A stretch of 50,807 bases of DNA from Deltaproteobacteria bacterium (GTDB lineage: Bacteria > JACQOV01), in assembly GCA_016202395.1 (NCBI GenBank), contig JACQOV010000009.1:1-50807 (forward strand), given 5' to 3'. A program made the position numbers and the translations under genes. Within the stretch, counting starts at the first letter, position 1. Each line of letters begins with the position of its first letter. Of the stretch, positions 45,257-50,807 are shown piece by piece. A model generated the notes under the pieces. That model had not been told where the DNA came from. It saw nothing but the letters and a program-made list of their open reading frames with translations, and did no database searches.

Positions 45257-47971
45257 TCACGAATCTTTCTTATGAAGCAGTTGTAACACAGCGGGGAGAA
45301 CAAGGATGGCGATGAGGAGGGCGCTCCCAACTCCTAACGTGAGGAGCGCCCCTAAACTCGCAACCCCTCGGTGGTGGGCGATCATGAGGGCTCCAAATCC
45401 GATGATGGTAGTTAAGGCAGAAAGAAGAATCGCTTTCCCTGTGCTTTTTTCCATCAAGTTAATGGGACCCCCTCCTTCTTCTAACGAGCGGTGAACCGCA
45501 TGGATACTGTAATCGATTCCTACCCCCAGAATGAGGGGGACGATGATAAGATTCGCGAGATTGAATCGAATGTCAAAGATCCCCATCCCCAAGAGGGTCC
45601 AGAACATCGATGCCAACAAACTCCCCATCACAAGCGAAGCCCAACGGAGGCTGCGAAAATCCCAAAGAAGAACTAGAAAAACCGCAATGAACGAATAGAC
45701 CCCGCCTTGGAGGTAGGCTTGCCTCATGGCCGTGCTCGATTCATAAAGCTGAAGTGCGGAGCCTGCAACGGAGGGGTTGACCCCGCGCAACTCTTGAACA
45801 AAAACTTTCCTCGGCCCCGGCTCCCAAATGTCCTCCTCTGGAAAAATCTGGATCAAATATTTTCCAGTGTCGCCGATGTACCGATCTCGGATCAGCGATG
45901 GAACCTGTTCCAATGTCATTCCAATAGGATGAAGGTTATCCCGCAAAAGTTTAAGTTTCTTTTCAAAATCGGAAAAAAGCCGCCCCTGGAAACCAACCAG
46001 AGCCTCTTCACTCTGTTGAGGATCGATTTTTTGAATGCTTCCCAAGAAACGATCGAGCCGTTTGCGCGCTCCTGCAACGGTATCGGGAGCCTCCTGTTCG
46101 GGGTGTTCCTCTTCCTCACGGATCTTGAATCGAATCCGGTCGACAATCGCCTCAATCTCTTGGGGATCAGGCTCAAAAGCGGCCTCTTGCTGCACCGTAA
46201 ACGGTTCAATGAAGGGACCTAACATTCCAATCCTCTCTTTTTTCACCTCTTGTTCTTTCGGGACAAAGCTTAAGACAGAGCGGACGGAGCCCACGCTAGA
46301 AAGCCCTTCATACCGAGCCACTTTGGCAGCCAACTCCTCCAAAGTAGAGGCTTGATCGGTCCCAAAGAGACTCGACCATCCTCCCGAATCGATCAAGCGT
46401 TGTTCCCATTCCACCGATTCGGTGCCGCGAGCCTGAAGATTCAGCAAATTAGAATCGTAGTGAACCTGGAAACCAAAAATGGGGACCCCTAAGGTGATTC
46501 CCAGAGCGACCCCTACGATTATTTTAGGATGATGGAAAAGATACTCCAAAAGAGGGTTCAGATAAGGAACGTGGGAGATACGAGTCACTTCGCGAGCCTT
46601 CGTTCTGCGCGCCCTCCCCTTTTCGAGAAGGAAGACCATCGCAGGCAGAACTGTTAAAGAGGCCCATAGACAAAGCAAAACACCGGTTCCCGCAATAACG
46701 CCAAGTTCTGCGATCCCTCGGAAGCTTGCTACACCTAAGGCATAGAAGGCTAATGCGGTTGTGATGGCGCTCGAAAAATTGGCCCGTCCCACCTGAACAG
46801 AGACCTGTCGGATCGCCGGCTCGAACGCGATCCCCCTCTCCCGGTTCTCATCGTAACGGACCACCCAATGGATTCCAAAATCGATCCCCAAACCGGCCAA
46901 GATCGATCCAAACGCCATCGATAGAACCGTAAGATGGCCAATCGCTAACGTCACAAAACCGACCGACCAAAAGAGACCCATCAAAAGCGCAACGATAGGA
47001 AAGATCGGACGCCAGAAAGACCGAAACGAGAAGACAAACAACAGCACAATCCCAACAAGGGCAATGAGCGTTGCAATCGTCATATCCCGAAAACTGGCGA
47101 CCATCTCATCGGCCCCCAGCGCGGGAGATCCGGTCACGCCAATCCGAAGATCTGGAAAATCTTTGCGGACCTCTTCAATAGGATGACGAATCCGAGCAAT
47201 CGCTTCTTTCTCTGTAATGAATCCTCCAGTGGTCTCCCGAATGACAGCCAGAATGAGAAGCATCCCAGCGTCCTCTTTCACGATGTAGCCATCTTCAGAG
47301 ATCGTCCCTCCGGTTTTAAAGAGGGCGTTCCAGGGAGAGCGGTATCCCCCTTTTTTTTCAATGGCTAGCGTTGCGCTTTCCATCACAGCGCTTAAGATCT
47401 CTAAATCGCCGGGATGAATCTTCCCTTTTTTCTGCGCTTTCGTTTCTCCCAACAAACCGATCACCGCCGTTCGGACCAAGGCTTTGTTAATCTCTGTGTT
47501 AATGGCGTTAAGCAATGTGGCAAGATCCGGGGTGGCAGTGACCTCCGTTAAAAAATCTTGATGACGCTCCAATTTTTCTCGAAGATCCTCCAGTTCCTCC
47601 ACCGAAAGATAAAGAAGGGCATTGCCCTGAAAGATCTCGGGAGGAATTCGATAAAAAACCTCTTGGATGAAATCCTCTTTCTCGAAACGTTCCCCCAAGC
47701 GGTTGGCCAGTTCTCTAGCCCGATCGAGATCGTCCCCTTCCACCACAACCACCACTTCGTCATCTCCAAATTCCGCTCGATAATCTTTGTAGATTTGGTA
47801 AAAAGGGTTTTTGGGAGAAAGGAGCTCGCTGCGCGCTGTGATAAATTCGATCTTCTCTACAGTGAAAACGACCGAAGCAACAGCGATCAGAAAAGAGACA
47901 ATCAGAACCGTCCAAGGAAAGCGGCAAACAAGGGAAGCGATGAATTCAAGCGGGGATCTTTTTTCAGCCAT
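45257..47971 (-). CDS. MMPL/RND lipid transporter (HpnN-like)
   Basis: Two TM clusters with GLGIDFGIH and [32 protein letters not shown] 47971 overlaps the serS end. Confidence 0.9.
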   Translation of the reverse strand: MAEKRSPLEFIASLVCRFPWTVLIVSFLIAVASVVFTVEKIEFITARSELLSPKNPFYQIYKDYRAEFGDDEVVVVVEGDDLDRARELANRLGERFEKEDFIQEVFYRIPPEIFQGNALLYLSVEELEDLREKLERHQDFLTEVTATPDLATLLNAINTEINKALVRTAVIGLLGETKAQKKGKIHPGDLEILSAVMESATLAIEKKGGYRSPWNALFKTGGTISEDGYIVKEDAGMLLILAVIRETTGGFITEKEAIARIRHPIEEVRKDFPDLRIGVTGSPALGADEMVASFRDMTIATLIALVGIVLLFVFSFRSFWRPIFPIVALLMGLFWSVGFVTLAIGHLTVLSMAFGSILAGLGIDFGIHWVVRYDENRERGIAFEPAIRQVSVQVGRANFSSAITTALAFYALGVASFRGIAELGVIAGTGVLLCLWASLTVLPAMVFLLEKGRARRTKAREVTRISHVPYLNPLLEYLFHHPKIIVGVALGITLGVPIFGFQVHYDSNLLNLQARGTESVEWEQRLIDSGGWSSLFGTDQASTLEELAAKVARYEGLSSVGSVRSVLSFVPKEQEVKKERIGMLGPFIEPFTVQQEAAFEPDPQEIEAIVDRIRFKIREEEEHPEQEAPDTVAGARKRLDRFLGSIQKIDPQQSEEALVGFQGRLFSDFEKKLKLLRDNLHPIGMTLEQVPSLIRDRYIGDTGKYLIQIFPEEDIWEPGPRKVFVQELRGVNPSVAGSALQLYESSTAMRQAYLQGGVYSFIAVFLVLLWDFRSLRWASLVMGSLLASMFWTLLGMGIFDIRFNLANLIIVPLILGVGIDYSIHAVHRSLEEGGGPINLMEKSTGKAILLSALTTIIGFGALMIAHHRGVASLGALLTLGVGSALLIAILVLPAVLQLLHKKDS

Positions 47972-49250
47972 TCGTTTTTCTTTCAATTCGAGAGATCCCA
48001 CGCATGTACGGTCTTAAAACTTCCGGTATCGTTACACTCCCATCTGCCTCTTGATAATTCTCTAAAATAGCGACAACGGTTCTGCCGATAGCCAGCCCCG
48101 AACCATTGAGTGTGTGAACCCATATGGATTTTCCTCCCGACTTGGAACGATATCGCACGTTGATCCGACGCGCTTGAAAATCCTCAAAATTGCTGCAAGA
48201 AGAGATCTCACGGTATCGCCCCTGCGAAGGGATCCAAACCTCGATGTCGTAAGTCTTGGCGGAAGCAAATCCCAGATCCCCGCTGCACAACGTCATGACA
48301 CGATACGGAAGGCCGAGCTGCTGAAGGACGTGTTCCGCATCCTGCGTTAACGATTCGAGAGCTTCATAAGAGCGCTCCGGTTCCACAAACTGAACGAGTT
48401 CCACCTTGTTGAATTGATGTTGCCGGATGAGCCCCCGAACCTCTTGTCCATAGCTTCCTGCCTCCCGGCGAAAACAGGCGGTGTAGGCCACATATTTTTT
48501 AGGAAGATCGGCGCTGTTCAAGATTTCATCACGATGGAGATTGGTGACCGGAACCTCCGCCGTAGGGACGAGAAAAAATTCGGGGTCTTGGATCTTAAAA
48601 AGATCCTCTTCAAATTTAGGGAGCTGCCCGGTGCCAACCAAGCTTTGACGAGAAACCAAGAAAGGGACAAAGACCTCGGTGTAGCCGCGCTGAGTGTGGA
48701 GATCGAGCATCCATTGAATGAGGGCCATCTCTAATCGCGCCCCTAACCCCCAAGAGACCGCGAAACGGGCCCCTGAAATCTTGGCCGCCCTTTCAAAATC
48801 CAAGATTCCTAAGCTCTCCCCCACCTCGATATGGGATTTCGGTTGGAATGAAAATGAACGCGGTGTTCCCCATAAACGCGCCTCCCGATTCTCTTCCGAA
48901 GAAGAGCCTTGAGGAACGGTTTCATGTGGAATGTTGGGAAGTTCTAAGAGCTTTGATTCGATTTGAGTTTCGTGGCGCGCAATCTCTTCATCCAAACTTT
49001 TGATCTCCTCCCCCACTTTGCGCATCCTCTCCCGTTTTTTTTCCACCTCCTCATCCCTCTTCCCTTTCGCTCGACCGATATCTTGAGAGACTGCATTCCT
49101 TGCTGCCTTCAAAATCTCCACCTTCTGCAAAAGAGATCTCCAGGCCTGATCCAGCTCCAATAAGGGTTTGAGATCGAATTCTCCACCACGTCGAGCTAGG
49201 CAACGCCCTGCTTCTTCTCCATGTTCCCGAAGCCATCGGAGATCTAACAT
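47964..49250 (-). CDS. serS: Serine-tRNA ligase
   Basis: [54 protein letters not shown]. Confidence 0.98.
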   Translation of the reverse strand: MLDLRWLREHGEEAGRCLARRGGEFDLKPLLELDQAWRSLLQKVEILKAARNAVSQDIGRAKGKRDEEVEKKRERMRKVGEEIKSLDEEIARHETQIESKLLELPNIPHETVPQGSSSEENREARLWGTPRSFSFQPKSHIEVGESLGILDFERAAKISGARFAVSWGLGARLEMALIQWMLDLHTQRGYTEVFVPFLVSRQSLVGTGQLPKFEEDLFKIQDPEFFLVPTAEVPVTNLHRDEILNSADLPKKYVAYTACFRREAGSYGQEVRGLIRQHQFNKVELVQFVEPERSYEALESLTQDAEHVLQQLGLPYRVMTLCSGDLGFASAKTYDIEVWIPSQGRYREISSCSNFEDFQARRINVRYRSKSGGKSIWVHTLNGSGLAIGRTVVAILENYQEADGSVTIPEVLRPYMRGISRIERKTNG

Positions 49251-49567
49251 TAAGACTCTCTCCCTTCAAAATTCTCAAGATTCTCAAAGAGATCTAGGGC
49301 TTCATCCACCAAATTTAGAAACTTGATTCCCATCCCCGACTTTCGAGAGGAGTCCACCACACAACCTCGAATTTTGATCGGCTCGGAACGCCCTGGCGAA
49401 TTAAATCGAAGAAACACTTCCGTCCCTTGCGGCAAAGGATGAGGGGTCTCCACAAAGATCCCTCCTTGGCTGACGTCTCTCGAATAGACCGGAAGGATGT
49501 GATCCCCTTCGACCAGATCGAGGTCCACTCGCAAGAACCGACGCGGCTGTAAACGTTTCTCTTCCAT
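49250..49567 (-). CDS. Stand-alone PilZ domain protein
   Basis: RRFLR (RxxxR), DVSQGGIFV (DxSxxG), GMGIKF; TAATG overlap with serS. Confidence 0.9.
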   Translation of the reverse strand: MEEKRLQPRRFLRVDLDLVEGDHILPVYSRDVSQGGIFVETPHPLPQGTEVFLRFNSPGRSEPIKIRGCVVDSSRKSGMGIKFLNLVDEALDLFENLENFEGRES

Positions 49568-49620
49568 GAAGGGCTTCTAAATTAGCACTTTTATCCCTTT
49601 CATTGCAACGCTTCGACAAC

Positions 49621-49654
49621 GAAAAAGGGCCCCAACCTTGTGATTGGGGCCCTT
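49621..49654 (-). terminator. Intrinsic terminator after the outer-membrane gene
   Basis: Stem AAGGGCCCCAA/TTGGGGCCCTT followed by a T-run on the minus strand. Confidence 0.75.
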
Positions 49655-49678
49655 GAGAGATCCTAGCCAGAGTGATCT

Positions 49679-50807
49679 CTAGAAATGAAAGAGGAAACGA
49701 CCTTGAAACGTGGTGATGTCGGAAGGCTCTCCAGCATTACCACTGTAGTAATTCAGCCCTTGACTGGCAAAGAGATGCCCCAGATCTAACCCCACTTGAA
49801 CGTTGGAGTTGAGATCGTGGGAAAGCCCCGTATCGATTTCAAAGCCGACCTGTCTATCCCCCGCCGCCCCCTCTGAGAGGAGCTGACCATAAATCACAGC
49901 AAGATTGGCTCCTGTCTGTTCTGTGAGATTATAAACGGCTGAAGGCTTTGCATACCAAACGTTCTGAACGGGGCCTAGCTGAGTCCCTGCAGCCACAGGC
50001 TGATTTCGGAAAAGGATCACCGCCACATCGTAATCGGGATTAAACGCGATCGAATTCACATCGGTGTCTGTCGCGCTATCATCCCCTCGAGAAAGCCCCA
50101 CCTCTAAACCAAAATCCCACATCTCCCAAGGATACTCCGCGCGAACAACCGCATTAACGACATTCACATTGCATTCGAGAGTTGCGGTACACTCCGCTAA
50201 ATAGGCCAGCGTCGCATCATCACTGGTCTCACCGGTATAGTAAGCCAGTTCTCCAGAAAGGGTAGCCCCCATGAGATCCGCTTGACCATAAAGATCAATA
50301 ATGTAGATATCGGTGTCGTTGGCTGGATCTTTCCGGTAGACAAAATAGAGACCCCCTTCATAGGTTTCCTTCTTATAAAGAGCGGCTAAAACATAGTCAT
50401 CCGCATCATCGGCTCCAGCAGGATCTCCTAAAGTATTCTCTAAAAGCTTCTCATACAACAACGAAACATAGAGATCCCCAAACTGCCCAATCCATTGAAT
50501 CCGATCGGCCGTGTCGCCGAAATCGTCATCCATCTGATTTCCATCGTTAGTGAGCACTCCTAAACCCCAATTGCTGGGCTGACGTCCGATTCGCCAAAGC
50601 CCAAAAGCCGTCTTGATTTCACCATAAACTCTCCGAATAGAGAGCATATCTTTATCTTGATCCAACACCAAAACACTTCCACCGGACCCGAATGTTCCCG
50701 TGTTCGTACAGGCAGGAACATCCGCGATTCCATCACCATTTAGATCGGCGCCACAAAGAGTATCCACCTGAACCAAGTTGGGAGAATTAAACACATCTCC
50801 CACCACA
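49679..50807 (-). CDS. Outer-membrane beta-barrel protein, 5'-truncated by the window edge
   Basis: IRRVYGE, IGRQPSNWGLG, GFEID, alternating beta strands, C-terminal Phe. Confidence 0.8.
   Translation of the reverse strand, partial: VVGDVFNSPNLVQVDTLCGADLNGDGIADVPACTNTGTFGSGGSVLVLDQDKDMLSIRRVYGEIKTAFGLWRIGRQPSNWGLGVLTNDGNQMDDDFGDTADRIQWIGQFGDLYVSLLYEKLLENTLGDPAGADDADDYVLAALYKKETYEGGLYFVYRKDPANDTDIYIIDLYGQADLMGATLSGELAYYTGETSDDATLAYLAECTATLECNVNVVNAVVRAEYPWEMWDFGLEVGLSRGDDSATDTDVNSIAFNPDYDVAVILFRNQPVAAGTQLGPVQNVWYAKPSAVYNLTEQTGANLAVIYGQLLSEGAAGDRQVGFEIDTGLSHDLNSNVQVGLDLGHLFASQGLNYYSGNAGEPSDITTFQGRFLFHF

Overview
Bacterial chromosomal region of roughly 50% GC. Gene content (PilZ proteins, sigma54 promoters, HpnN/MlaC/TolC genes) suggests a deltaproteobacterium-like lineage, which is an inference. 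It carries housekeeping genes (RluA/RluD-type synthase, rsmE, hemW, serS, tRNA-Ser(UGA), an ABC exporter pair, M16 and S8 proteases) and four toxin-antitoxin pairs. Two accessory loci diverge from the tRNA. (1) At 31606->23840, a secreted TPR protein precedes a 955-aa PilZ/YcgR + LuxD-like thioesterase + SAM-methyltransferase fusion and two kinases with paralogous membrane sensor domains. This is a candidate c-di-GMP-gated fatty-acid-methyl-ester signalling system analogous to Ralstonia PhcBSR, and the best candidate for an undescribed system. (2) At 31809->39792, an eight-gene inositol-phospholipid-type operon has added dehydrogenase, aminotransferase and ATP-grasp genes, a candidate aminocyclitol head-group pathway. 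The window also holds several families of palindromic repeats/MITEs: a modular nested element at three loci, and insertions translated in frame inside conserved enzymes or supplying start/stop codons. All assignments come from motif reading and recalled family features; no searches were run.
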